Source: Octopus sinensis (lineage: Eukaryota). Taken from it: a stretch of DNA of 64,000 nucleotides. This document shows positions 11,089 through 23,587 of the stretch, one piece after another (position 1 is the stretch's first letter; every line of letters begins with the position of its first letter). Both the position numbers and the translations under genes were made by a program. The notes below the pieces were generated by a model. The model saw nothing but the letters and a program-made list of their open reading frames with translations, was not told where the DNA came from and searched no databases. Location of the stretch: assembly GCF_006345805.1 (NCBI RefSeq), contig NW_021832864.1:33265-97264 (forward strand), in the 5' to 3' direction.

Positions 11089-14003
11089 GTGTGACTAGTA
11101 TGGGTAGCCAGAGACTGCAGCCGAGCAAGACTCTAACAGATCCTATTCAAACACAGATATTAAGTTCCTCGGTGGCGGCCAGTAACACATTACGCACTTC
11201 GCAAATAGTTTCTTCTCCTCCTTCTTCAGATGACGCTCTCAAGAGCCAAACATCTTTGGAACCTTCTCAAACACTGACAGCACCAAAAACGTTGTCAAAA
11301 AGTTCCATATCTACATTATATGGAATTACCGGATCTACTCGTTCATTATTACATGATACTTCTGCATTGGCAGGAACACCTACACATGCTTTACCGAAAT
11401 CACTGAGAACAGAAACACCGGTACTTTCAAGAAGTTTGCCAATAATACCAGAGAATACTATGACCCCTACCAAGTCCGTAAAACTCACCGATGATTCAAC
11501 AGCTTTGTCACCGCAACGTACTTCGGCTGGGTCAGTGCTTATTCCTACTACCACATCTACGGAGCAAGAACATCCGCCATCAAAATCTTTTGTCGTCCTT
11601 TCAAGCAGTGTCGTAAATAAAGTTGAGCATGTCGAGAGGTCTACGAAAATGTTTTCCCACTCGTCGTTAGCTAATGTTCATTTGACTCCATTGATGACCT
11701 CCGACATGATTTCATCAGCACATTCCTCAACCATACAGCCTTCGCCTTCACTTGCAACTCCACAAAAAACCGACGTCACATCGACGCTGTTAGTCCCTTC
11801 AAGGGTCATGTTGTCAGAAGGCACACACTTGACTGCACAGTCATCGCAAAGTTCTGTGACGCATTCTGTCACTCCTTCAGATCAGAGCACTTCTCCTCCA
11901 GTCAGGCTCACGACTCAACCAAATATACCATCATCAGCCGATTCAGTGACGCCATCTACAACTTTATTTGTTGGTAGAAATAAGTCGGTGGACCCCGGCC
12001 GCACATCTTCAGTTCCTCCTATGGTACCACCGACCAATCTGCCAACCAGCACAAACAATATTCCTACAAATACGATTTCCACTCAAGCTGACTTTGCTTC
12101 GAAAATAAACAGCCAACCCTTTTTAGTCTCAAGCTCTTCTCTGAGTTTGTCTTCGAGAATTGAATCTACTCCACAAGACAGCTCAGTGTCATTACTTAGC
12201 CAAGGCAGCTCCGCTTCTCAGCAAACCACATCTCTTCCTTTCACACCAAATTCTAAAGCGACATTGTTGTCTTCTGAATCACAGAAGACAGATGGCACAT
12301 ATGAAATAACTTCCCCAATATCAACACCGACGCTAAATCCACAATTGGTGGAGACGAAATGGAGTAGCTCTTTGGAATCCGGAAAATTCACGGAGACTTC
12401 ATTGTCTTCGAATTCCAACAAAAGCTCCACAGCTTTTCCTGAGTTGGCAACATCAAATGTGAGGGTCACTGACAGCTTGTTAGAATCCTCATCTCCGATT
12501 AGTTTAACCCAAACTGTCATTCCTTCTGAAACTGAACCAATATCTTTGACTTTATCAGTCACATCGTCTCCATACATGTCATCCAATTTATCTCACCTTG
12601 AACTGTTGAAACCGTCACATTCTACAAGCTATAATACCATGTCAATGTACACAAGTTCTGTTGAATTGCATTCAGCATTGACAACAATTGTCACTGAAAT
12701 TATTCCAACAAGAACGAAAGTAAATATGTCGAGGACATATTTTAACGCATCAAACACGTCGGGTTTAGTGTTTTCCACAACGAACACTGTTCTTCTGTCT
12801 GTCTCAAGTTCACAAATTGGAATACCGATATTATCTCGATCAACGCAATATTCCAAATTATTGAAATCCTCGAAGACTTTGTCAGCCGATTCCACGATAT
12901 CAAAGCATAGTTCTACAGTTACTGTGTATTCCATCACACCGTCAAACAGTGAGACACAAATGCATACGCACGTCTCTCACCTGACGAAGACGGTTATAAA
13001 AACGACGAATTCAACACCTCTAGGGGCATCTACTACGCTTCCTCCGCGCAACAAAACCTTTGAAATAGTTTTCAATGGCCTGTGCACTCCCCTCGCGGAG
13101 AGACACTTATACGGGCAGTTCTCAGACAATATCCGTTACATAGTCAGTCGCAAACTGTCGATCAGCTACGACTCTGTCGTTGTACATAACTTAACATGTG
13201 CCTCTGTACACGTATATGTCACTCTCCTCAACACCGTAACTAAAAGAATTACAGAGAATTTCAAAGAGTTAGTTGGTTCAAGAAAACTGAATATCAGTGT
13301 GATTTCCAAGCAAGGCGAGCTTCATTATTCAGCCGTGAAATTGAAAACGATCGCCGAACCAAGCGTTCAGAAAGAGTTACAGTCAAACGCTTACGAGAAA
13401 GACTCTAAAACGAGTGTAATCACCATTGCATGTTCAGCTATAGTTGCCATGCTGGTCATAGGCTTAGTTGTAGCTCTACGTGAATGTTATAGAAGGAAGC
13501 ATACGCAGACATTCGACTTAACCAATACACCAAACGTTCATATGAAACTTGAAGATTTCACACTCACAAGAATTCCTCGCTCGAGCACATGGTATTCTGA
13601 TGAAGGTGTGGCAATACAAAGATTCTCAGAAACAAATGGTAGCACGATGCAAAAGTCCTCTAACGGTATTTCAAAACAGCCGACAATCTCGTGTATTTCT
13701 GATATATTAAAAGACAAAGAAGCGGATGGAGAAGAATTGCGACCATTCTCTTATTCCATCTTGTCTAACAATAGTAGAAAAGACAGCCAGGACACCACGG
13801 TTTCTATTACAAGCGACAGTAATTTTGCATATTCTACAGACAGCCTCGTGCCGCTACCAAAAAGCAGCTCTGGCATGCATGGTGCCGTGAATCCTATCTA
13901 CTTTGGCGATGAAATGCCTCAGATGGGTTCTAACAACAGACTTGACCAAAACGTGAATCCATCAGACACACACGAACAATTCAGACAAGTCTATAACCAA
14001 TAG
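11089..14003 (+). CDS. Main coding exon of a type I transmembrane mucin-like glycoprotein (Ser/Thr-rich stalk, SEA-like domain, TM, cytoplasmic tail); 987 aa when spliced to exon 1
   Basis: 2.9 kb stop-free, non-repetitive ORF. Polypyrimidine tract and TTGCAG acceptor end at 11088. S/T/P-dominated to about aa 670; globular segment with two Cys (FNGLC...NLTCASVHV) at 13050-13345; hydrophobic VITIACSAIVAMLVIGLVVAL at 13416-13478 followed by RECYRRK; NPIY at 13890-13901; TAG at 14001-14003. Confidence 0.9.
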
Positions 14004-14056
14004 ACTTCACGAAACAGGACAAAACCAATGAACTAAACAACAAAAATTAAATAGAA

Positions 14057-14109
<53 letters not shown>

Positions 14110-14829
14110 TCCCAATTTGCTTAAATTACATTACATATTTAAATCAGTTTACTATTTGTCCATATAATATTGAGCTAGACTTTCCCCATTGTGTTTTTTT
14201 TTTAAAGGGAACCTATTTTGGACATACACTAGTCTTCTTTCTCTCTCTGTCTCTGTCTATTAAAAACAAAAAACAAAACAAAACAAACATTGTTTTATAA
14301 TCTTGACCAAACTTTTCTATCTAGTTTAAAAAAAATATAATTAGGTATTTCTATTGTGTCCTTAAACAAGTCTTTCTACCCACCTTAAAGAGACATTCTT
14401 TTCTGCATGAATTCTAGCAACTATTTTCTGTCAAGCTTCGATAAAAAAAAAACAAAAACACCCAACAAACTAATTATAATAATGTAGTATTATAACAGCC
14501 TTGAGCAAGACTCATCATTTTACTTTGCCTCCGATACTTTATCGGATGTTAACATAGACAGGCAGTGGACTCATCCGCCATCTACGTGGTCGGATGTTTG
14601 AGTTAAATGAAGGACATTTACTGCTGTGAGAAAAAAATATAAATAAAAAAAAAATAAAAAAGAGTACTCAATTACAAAACATGTAAATACCTACTCTAAG
14701 AAAAATTCTATCCAAACACAAAAAAAAAAAAAAGAATCATTTGCCCAGTAGCATTAAAGGGCTTCCACCAGGAATAATTACTGTGAATTATTGTCTTGGT
14801 ATAACTACCCAGCGGTTAACAGCAACAGT

Positions 14830-15360
14830 ATATATACACAACTTTTTTCATGAAAAATATATATATATTTGGCCCACACACAAAACACCACTTCTACCCG
14901 CACAAAACACCACTTGTGCCGACACAAAATACCGCTTCCTCGGATACCATTTCAAACATGAAAAATACCACTTTTATACATAAACAAACCACAATCCTAC
15001 TTACACATACAAGCAAGACATCACTATTTTTCTTACCCGCACAAAACATTCCTTTCACCCACACAAAGCCTAGTTTTACTTAGACAAAGATACTAGTTTC
15101 ACACGAATGCAACACGCTACTTCAACGCTCCAAAAAGGCAATTTACACAGAGAAAACATCACCAACTTTTTTCATGAAAAATATAGATCTGTTCAACCCA
15201 CACACAAACACCACTTTCACCCGCACAAAACTCCTCTACTACCCACAAAAAAAACACTACTTCTACACACACAAAACTCCACTTCTGCTTATACAGCCAC
15301 CACCACTTTCCACCCAAAACACACCCGCTGCCCTAGCTACAGAACTCCAAAGAATAAATA
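14830..15360. repeat. Degenerate C/A-rich minisatellite with a ~325 bp internal duplication
   Basis: Recurrent CACAAAACACCACTT-like units; ACTTTTTTCATGAAAAATATA...CCCACACACAAA.CACCACTT occurs at about 14840 and 15165. Confidence 0.6.
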
Positions 15361-15955
15361 AAAAAAGGCAAATAATAAATAAATAAAAAAAAAGAAAGCA
15401 AACAATACAAAAATAAAAACATAAATCAAAATAAAACAAAACTATAAAAAAAAACCCAACCTAAAACATGTTTGTTGATAGTGACGTGTATTACTTGTTT
15501 GGTCTTGTTCTCGGCGCTGATTCTAATAAAACTCACAGAATTATAAAGAATTCTTTCACCTATCAAGTCCACCCTCATCACTGATGATCATCATGTGCCC
15601 ATTACCACTGACCACCATCACAACCATCCACTACCATCACAACCATCCACCACCATCGTCCATCACCATCAAGCCAACCAACCAACCAACCAACCAACCA
15701 ACCAACCAACCAAAGAAAATCCTAACGCCATCCCAACACCATCCCCACTGTAGCCCAACACACCTCATCACCATCATCACTATGACCACATACCCATGCG
15801 TGGCTTACACTTCGACACATATATATATACCCACCGTTCTTGATACTTTATATACACTCACACACCCTGAGACGTTCACAGTTCACAGTTCCAGGTGTAT
15901 AAAAATCCACACACTTAAGGGAAACCTTCAACATACATGTATTGCATATATACAT

Positions 15956-16032
<77 letters not shown>

Positions 16033-16339
16033 TACACACACAGAGCATCATTCCTCTCAAAAGTAAGCAGACACCCACCAGTTTTGAAAGATATACTCCC
16101 AGAAAGTATATTAATGGTACTAATGGCAGTTCGAAGTTGTTTATATGGGGCAACTTTAAAAACCGGAACTAAAATTTCCTGCAGTTCAGATCGCCCCATG
16201 GTCCCAGAAGACAAACTGGAAAAAGGCGTTATCCCGGAAGCTGGCGAGGGACATGCGCAGGAATAGCCGCTCTGACTCACGGGCATTACTTAATGTATTT
16301 AAATACTTAACCTAGTATTTAGTAGACTACATACTATTA

Positions 16340-17470
16340 ACCTAGTATTTAGTAGCTTTCTACAGTTTGTAATAATTTAACACGTTTGGGCAACGAACTA
16401 AGGAGTTCAAAAAATTGTCTCCTGTGAAATTTATGCCCAGGCTGCTCACATAGTGAACAAATCTGTCTTTGATGTTGGTTATCATGGCTTTTATGGCACT
16501 TCTCTATCTAGTATGCCCTAAAGGTGTTCAATAGGGTTTATATAAGGAGACTGGCTTGGCCAAGGGGCTCTTCTGATTCTGTTTTTTTCTCTTGTCGGTC
16601 GCTAGTCGTATTAGCTATGTGACATGGGGCGTCACCCTCCATAAATGTGTAATTTTTTTTACCATCTGTTTCCTGGAGAAAAATGAGAGAAGGCGTTTCT
16701 GAAAGATGGAGATGTATTATTCTGAGTTTATATTGTCAATACATTCCACCAGTTCTGAACGACCAGTGCTTCGAATTTCTCTACAGACCGTCACCAAAAA
16801 ATCGCATTGTTTCTAAGTTATTTGCTGTTGACGTATAACAAACTCTTGATTTGGCAGTCTCAAGATTCCCACACACCCACTGTCAAAAATTTGCGCGGAT
16901 CTATTCGGAGAATATCCCAGTTTCCCAGAACCCTATGGATACCTCTAATATCTCATTTGTCCACTCCTTTTCTCTTTGTATATACTTGCTGGTCGAAGAA
17001 GAGGCTTCCTTTTCGCTGCTTTGCCATAGTAGCCAAGCTGATGGAGATATTTCACAAAAGTACTCCAACTCATTTGGATTTGCTCTGCAACATCTGCTGC
17101 CTTACAACGGGGATAAGTATTTTCAACTATCCGTTTGATATCTCGAAGTCACCTGTCAGTGGGCCCAGATCGACTTGAACCGAAAGCTGTTGTTATTTTT
17201 CCATTACTGGTGAATTGCGCAATTACTCTGTTGACTTTGGCAAAAGGAATCGCAAGGTTTTGTGTAATCTTAAGCCAGCTTAAGTCCGTTCTCAGATTGA
17301 CCTGCAATGCGTTCTCTTTGAATATCAGACAATTCTTTTGTCTCTGGTGCTCGCAGCATGGCTAAGTGTGATAACAAGTGCGATACTGTAATGTTACGAG
17401 GTTTGAAGCATAAGGTAGAGTCTACACGGATTAAATAGTATAAAGAGAGGTGGCTATTTACTTTTGATAC
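16340..17470 (-). mobile_element. Tc1-family DNA transposon, decayed
   Basis: Minus translation [25 protein letters not shown]...YPRCKAADVAEQIQMSWSTFVKYLHQLGYYGKAAKRKPLL...FMEGDAPCH...PWPSQSPYINPIEHL; same family as 61850-62978. Confidence 0.85.
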
Positions 17471-18120
17471 ATACATACATACATAGAAACATACATACAT
17501 ACATACATACATACACATACACACACATATATGTATGTATATATATATATTTATGCATACGTACACTGATATATTCATAAACATGCATCATTCAACATAT
17601 TTCAGAAAGGCATATAAACACGCACTCACGCATGCATATGTGTGTATATGTGTGTGCGTGAGAGTGTGTTTATGTGTGTGTGTGTGTGTGTCTTTGTGCG
17701 TGTAAATGTGAGTGTTTGTGTGTGTGTGTGTATGTGTGTGTATGTGTGTGTGCGTGTGAGTGTGTGTGTGTGTGCGTGTGAGTGTTTTGTCAAAAGGTAC
17801 ATTTTCACTGGACTCACTGTATTTAATAAAGCATTAACACTCATACCAACCCCTTTGAGTTCTTTATTCTATCTTAGAACCAATAGGCGACCCCAAGAAA
17901 TCACACACACACGCGCACACACACAAACATACACACACACACAATCACCACCACCACCACCACCACCATAATCACCGCCACACATATTTAATCATATAAG
18001 TACACACATAAACCACACAAACAGACACACATAATCACGCATACGCTCGCGCACCCAATAACATACATTTATACACACTTTCTCATATAGATATGTATGT
18101 ATGTTCAAAGTCGGACGTGA

Positions 18121-18178
<58 letters not shown>

Positions 18179-18898
18179 TATATTCATATTTCTATATACA
18201 CATGTATATAGACACACACATATATATATATATTTATACACATATATACAAGATTTATATATATATATACACATACATACACACACATATATAAGCATGC
18301 ATGTATATATATATAAGAATGTATATATACATATGTATCTGCATATTTGTATATGTATACACACACATATACACATATATAATTACATGTGCATATATAC
18401 ATATATTCATATATATAATTACATATAGATGCATATGTAATATATATATATATATATATAGTTTATATATATGCTTATAATTACATATACATGCATATAT
18501 ATATATATATGTATATATATAATATATATGTGCATATACACAGACACACACACACACACGTACACACACATTTATAGACCACGTACATACCCACTAACCC
18601 TAGCTTTATCTCATCATAACATCCAATTCGTTCATGTTATTCCCTGCTCATCATAATAAAGGTATAACTAATGATATAATTATATCTGTTCTTTCTTTTC
18701 TTTCACGCTGGCTGTTATCGTTGTTCTTTGTTAGCCATGGGCCACCCTTGATCTAAGAGACCTACGAAGAAATTAGTTACGGTTGTGACTATTCCGTTTA
18801 CTTTGAACGTATTTACGGGAGTCATGAGAGCTATTTCTAGGAAACCGATGAACCATATACAGGCTCACTAGTTAGCTATGCACACACACACACACACA

Positions 18899-18945
<47 letters not shown>

Positions 18946-19159
18946 CATACACACACACACACACACACACAAACACACACAAACACACGCACTTGTTTAT
19001 ATATGTATGGGTGCAACATCGAATTTCCAGCACAATATGTTCCATGTCCTTCCCGGATAAACCGTTCTACCGAACTAGATTAGCTCCCTTTGGTCAACAC
19101 CCCTCTAACTTAGTAATTATATGCATCTCGTCTCTCTGAAGCATCTTAAAATGGTAAAG

Positions 19160-19410
19160 AGTAAAGATCCCCTTCGGTTATGAATAACCATGGGATCGCA
19201 CCTAGAAAGTTCTCCTCCAAGGTACAAGTCCGGGAAAGGTTGTTTACGGAAGATCAGCAGTCGCTCATGCATACCATTCACACCAGTGACGTCGCAGCTC
19301 ATTTTTGCAGCTGAGTGAACTGGATAAACGGGAAATAAAGTGTCTTTTTCAAGAACGCAACACACAACCCGGGTCAGGAATCGAACTCTATCCACTGAGC
19401 CATGTGCCTT
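19160..19410 (-). mobile_element. tRNA-derived SINE family D, internally deleted
   Basis: Reverse complement resembles 35762-36097 (GGCACATGGCTCAGTGG...CAAGACACTTTATTTC...CAGTTCACTCAGCTG...GCGACGTCAC). Confidence 0.75.
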
Positions 19411-19734
19411 CCAATGCATCATAGACCGACAGAATTTTAAATTGAATAAATATTAGATTCTCTTAAACACAAATACCTGTACATTTGTACAAATGTCAAG
19501 TTTATTTATACTGTACTCTACAAAGTACTGTTCTGTAAAGATATCTGTATCAATGAAACATGGTGGATTACACAAGATGTATTAAACAAAACTTAAAGGC
19601 AAATTTATTAATTTCTGTCCTTAAAACGAATGCTCTAGCACTAATACTTTGAAATTGACAAATTTTAGAATTTTACTTGAAATGTGAATTTTATTAAGTT
19701 TTACTGTTTATTTCGTTGGTGATCAATTCATCTT

Positions 19735-20715
19735 AGATTTCTGATGTTGTAGGTTGAATATCCGGGTTACTTGAAGTTGAAGCAGCAGGGCATCCATTAT
19801 TCTTGGTTATCTTTTTAAATATTTCCTCCGAGCGAAGTTGCTCCATGTGTTTTGATCTTTTCCTGCGTAATTTTTCACGCAACAAATGTAAATTCATTAG
19901 TTCTCGTTCCGTAAAGACTGTATGTTGATCTATCCCTTTGATTACATCATTGACCAAACGCAATTAAACTCTTATAGAAAAGTCTTTCAGCTACATCTGT
20001 TTCATTTTCATTATTGCCATCTTCATTACTTCCTCTGCTTTCATTAAAATGCAGAATAGTATTTATAATTTCCGAGTCATTTGTAAGGTGATGCACAAAA
20101 GGTATTTCTTCGTCGATATTCATTCACTCTGTCAAATCTTCTTCACTATGGTTATTTGCTATATCCTTGCAAACAGGTCTTGTAAAAGTTTTGTATACGC
20201 AAGCAACACATGAACACTATCCTCCTTTGATAAATTAAATTCTGTGAAATCGCCGGATTTATTATCAAACGTTTAGGTAGGTCATATCTTATGTCAGGCT
20301 TTCTTTGGTGTAGACACTTCCCCCTCTCTTATAATCTAGCAATGAGCTAAAGAACATCCTTCTTATTAAATTCCTTAAATGCCGATACAGACTTGTCAGT
20401 ATTCACCACATCAGAAATATAACTTATGAAAAGTGAGCAATACTTAACCTTTAGAATACCGTATACCTTGGTCTTAGAGTTAAGAAGTGACATACAGCTG
20501 AATACTGTGTGTCATACTGTATAATCATTTTATTTCACGACTATTCAACTTTGGAGAAGTGGATGAATAGATGTCCAGAAATCTTATACTGAACGAATGT
20601 TCAAAATACTTATAGTCTTCTGGTAGGTCTACAAATGTACAGGCTTCTTTGGCTTCTTGTACATTAAAAGTTTTCAAACCATTCTTTGGTAATTTTGGTG
20701 GTAATCAAGCCATTT
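19735..20715 (-). mobile_element. pogo/Tigger-type transposase remnant (C-terminal part)
   Basis: Minus frames SVSAFKEFNKKDVL*LIA...KKA*HKI*P..FDNKSGDFTEF, EDLTE*MNIDEEIPFVHHLTNDSEII and LVNDVIKGIDQHTVFTERELMNLHLLREKL resemble Tigger/TIGD post-DDE motifs; many stops; no TIR found. Confidence 0.7.
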
Positions 20716-21235
20716 TTATTTGAACAATTAATGCCAGAATAAATTTTAACGTACATTCAAAGTGAGATACTAGCTGCACATATACTAGTTTGTTAACCGG
20801 ATAGGAGATTTCCAACAAAATTTTGCAGATATGGTTAGAGAGTAAAAAAAATTACTTTTAAAATATCTAAGAAATAAACTCAGTTGTCATCTTTGCCTAA
20901 CATGAAAACTACTATTATTCATTATTCTAAAATAATAATAATAAAAATAACTACTTGGATACAAGAACTGACTTACATCATACTGATTTGCATAAGTGTT
21001 ATTCCGTTAATATAAATCATCCGAACCAGCATATTATTATATTGAGGAAGTTAGCATTCAGTATTTCAATTATATTCTCTCCTCCTATTTCTTCATTTCT
21101 TTCACTAGTACACTCATTCTCTCTTTTTTTCCCTTAGTTAACTTCCAATGCTTTCTTTGCTGGCTTTCTTATTTAACCTAGTTCCCTTACTTTCTTATCT
21201 TCTTTTATTTGCACTTGTTTTCTCTTACTATTGTC

Positions 21236-21312
<77 letters not shown>

Positions 21313-22523
21313 TATATATATATGCATATACATATATATGCACATATATTTATGTGTATATATATATATATGTATATGTATATATACATTCATATATACA
21401 TGTATACATGCATAATACAAATATACATACACACACATATGTATATACATATATACATACATATATATATATATTATATATATATATAATATATATATAT
21501 ATAATATATATTTTTACAGCATGTCACCAGTGTTATTGGGGTTAATAAAGAACTTTAATTACAGCAGTCTCTTATAACATGATTTATATCCTTCCTTCAC
21601 CACCTTTAGAAAAACGATCTCTTCTGGAGTCTGATCTGATTATCTTTATAATTACATAAATAACTGTACAATGCCCGTGGGTATAATCCAGACAAAACTA
21701 ATGACTAAAACTTAACGTACTTTGTTTCTTTATAAACAAGTATTTCAGTTAATCCTGCTCAAGTTAACCCCTCTGTCTACCCCTGAATAGTTTACATACA
21801 ATAAAAGCATCATAGATTTGTATGAGTTCCTATGCCGTGAGGATATATGAGATTTGTGTTCGAGGTTTCGAGTGAATTTTAAAGCCTTTGACTGGAAACG
21901 TCACAATTCACTCTTTATTACTTTTTTTCATTTTCTGCCTTTTTGCTTGTTTCAGTCATTGGACTGTGGTCATACTGGAGCTCTACGCTGACGTGCTTAG
22001 TCGAAAAAAAAAAGAATCAACTCCGGTACTTATCGTTTAAGTCTGGTACTTAATCTATCGAACCGTTATCTTACGCGGACATTAACTAATCGATCTCGGC
22101 TGTAAGGGTGTGGGTGCTAGGCAAACACAAGCACAAAGAGACATATCCATATATATTCATGCTTACATACACTCATGCATACATTCATGCATCCATCCAT
22201 CTATCCATCCGTCCATCCGTCCATCCATTTATTCATGCATACATTCAAATATACATACATACATACACACGTACAAGGACAAATGTATACGACGGTCTTC
22301 CATACAGTTCACGTCCACCAAATTTTCTGGCAAGTCATTGGTCGACTTGGCGCCCTAGTAGGAGACACTGGACTGAAGTGCTACGTTGTGGGACTGAATC
22401 CAAAACCATGTGGTTGCAAAGCGTGCTTATTAACTACACATGACTGTGTGGTTAAGACAATTATTAAATCATTTCTTAACCACGCAACTGGATAATGTTT
22501 TACAATACTAATGCTGGTTCTAA

Positions 22524-23103
22524 TTACTTCCGCCAAGGAAGGAAGTTATGTTTTCATCGGCGTTGGTTTGTCCGTCTGTCTGTCTGTCTGTGTGCAAAAT
22601 AACTCAAAAAGTTGTAAACAGTATTTAATGAAACTTGCTGGAAAAGTTGGTAACGACACAAGAAACAGATGATGAAATTTTGGTAGTGATCCGGGATTTT
22701 TTATGGATTATTGAAGGATTTTTCATCTGTTATATTTACTTTACATGAAATATTACAATGTTGCGTTCTTTGGTTATCTCCCTTGAAAACACGTTCATCG
22801 TTACCACATAACCTATGATGGCGTTGCTGTTTCTAAAGTTTATTTTCTTTTTTCTATTAGTAATTTTACTCGCGTATCTATCTTAAAATGAGTTGCTTGG
22901 TGGAGGTCTGCGGAGGATGACATGACAAGCCTTGACTATTGGGACGAATCCTGTTTTTAAAGGGTTTAAAAAAAATTATATGACTGTGTTATTTTTCTTT
23001 TACCCGGCGTTGGTTTGGGAAATTGGGTGATTTTCAGCATGCGTGTATATGGGTGGAAATGAGCTGCTTCGCGGAGGTCTGCGCCCTCCGAGTGCCTTTC
23101 TAG
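22524..23103 (+). mobile_element. Non-autonomous Helentron/DINE-like (HINE) element
   Basis: 5' TTACTTCCGCCAAGGAAGGAAGTTATGTTTTC, internal (GTCT)n, 3' GCGGAGGTCTGCGCCCTCCGAGTGC...CTAG followed by TTTT: the subterminal inverted repeat plus microsatellite layout of HINEs. Confidence 0.7.
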
Positions 23104-23400
23104 TTTTTAATTGAGTTTAATCTTACGTATGCATCGTCGTGGAATACCGGCAAATGGTTTTTGCACCACTGTATATAGTCATAGACTGGCAATTCAGTTT
23201 ACGCCGGTTCATTTCAGGTACGTGATGTCGATAACCCACAAAGGTAGCGAAATTTCGGTGTTCATCACTTCTTGATGGGATTAGGGTGGAGTTATCTCAC
23301 CTGTCTATGACTTACAGGTGTTTTAACACCCCACCGCGCTAACCCACAGCGTACCGGCGAACAAACAAAACACATATATTGAGTATGTGCGGTCGATATA

Positions 23401-23435
<35 letters not shown>

Positions 23436-23441
<6 letters not shown>

Positions 23442-23586
23442 ATCCAAACAAGAAAACAAAAACAAAAAAAAACAACAACGCAAGGACGTGGAACAAATAA
23501 AGTATTATTGGACGCTCAGGAAAGAAGGGGAGAAGGAGGGTTTGACGTTTCGAGCGGAACTCTTCGTCGGAAACATAGGAGAAGGA

Positions 23587-23587
<1 letters not shown>
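23436..23587 (-). mobile_element. Penelope-type terminal-repeat fragment embedded in (TA)n
   Basis: Reverse complement is homologous to 39620-39830; flanked by (TA)n on both sides; carries a hammerhead-like motif. Confidence 0.6.
23540..23574 (-). ncRNA. Minimal type I hammerhead ribozyme-like motif
   Basis: Minus strand: GTTT CCGACGA A GAG ttccg CTC GAAA CG TC AAAC = stem I, core (C at position 4), extra A, stem II, GAAA, loopless stem III, GUC site, stem I. Confidence 0.6.

Noticed and set aside
11267-12937. Four minus-strand ORFs of 64-122 aa
   Set aside because: Antisense shadows of the Ser/Thr-rich CDS with no independent features.
11037-14003. Assigning a gene symbol (podocalyxin, CD34, dystroglycan, MUC1)
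   Set aside because: Only the architecture is similar; no diagnostic sequence such as a PDZ-binding DTHL end, PPxY, cadherin-like domains or GSVVV.
14040-14740. Exact polyadenylation site of the mucin gene
   Set aside because: Several AATAAA/ATTAAA candidates (about 14046, 14259, 14640) lie in A-rich sequence; none can be chosen without 3' end data.
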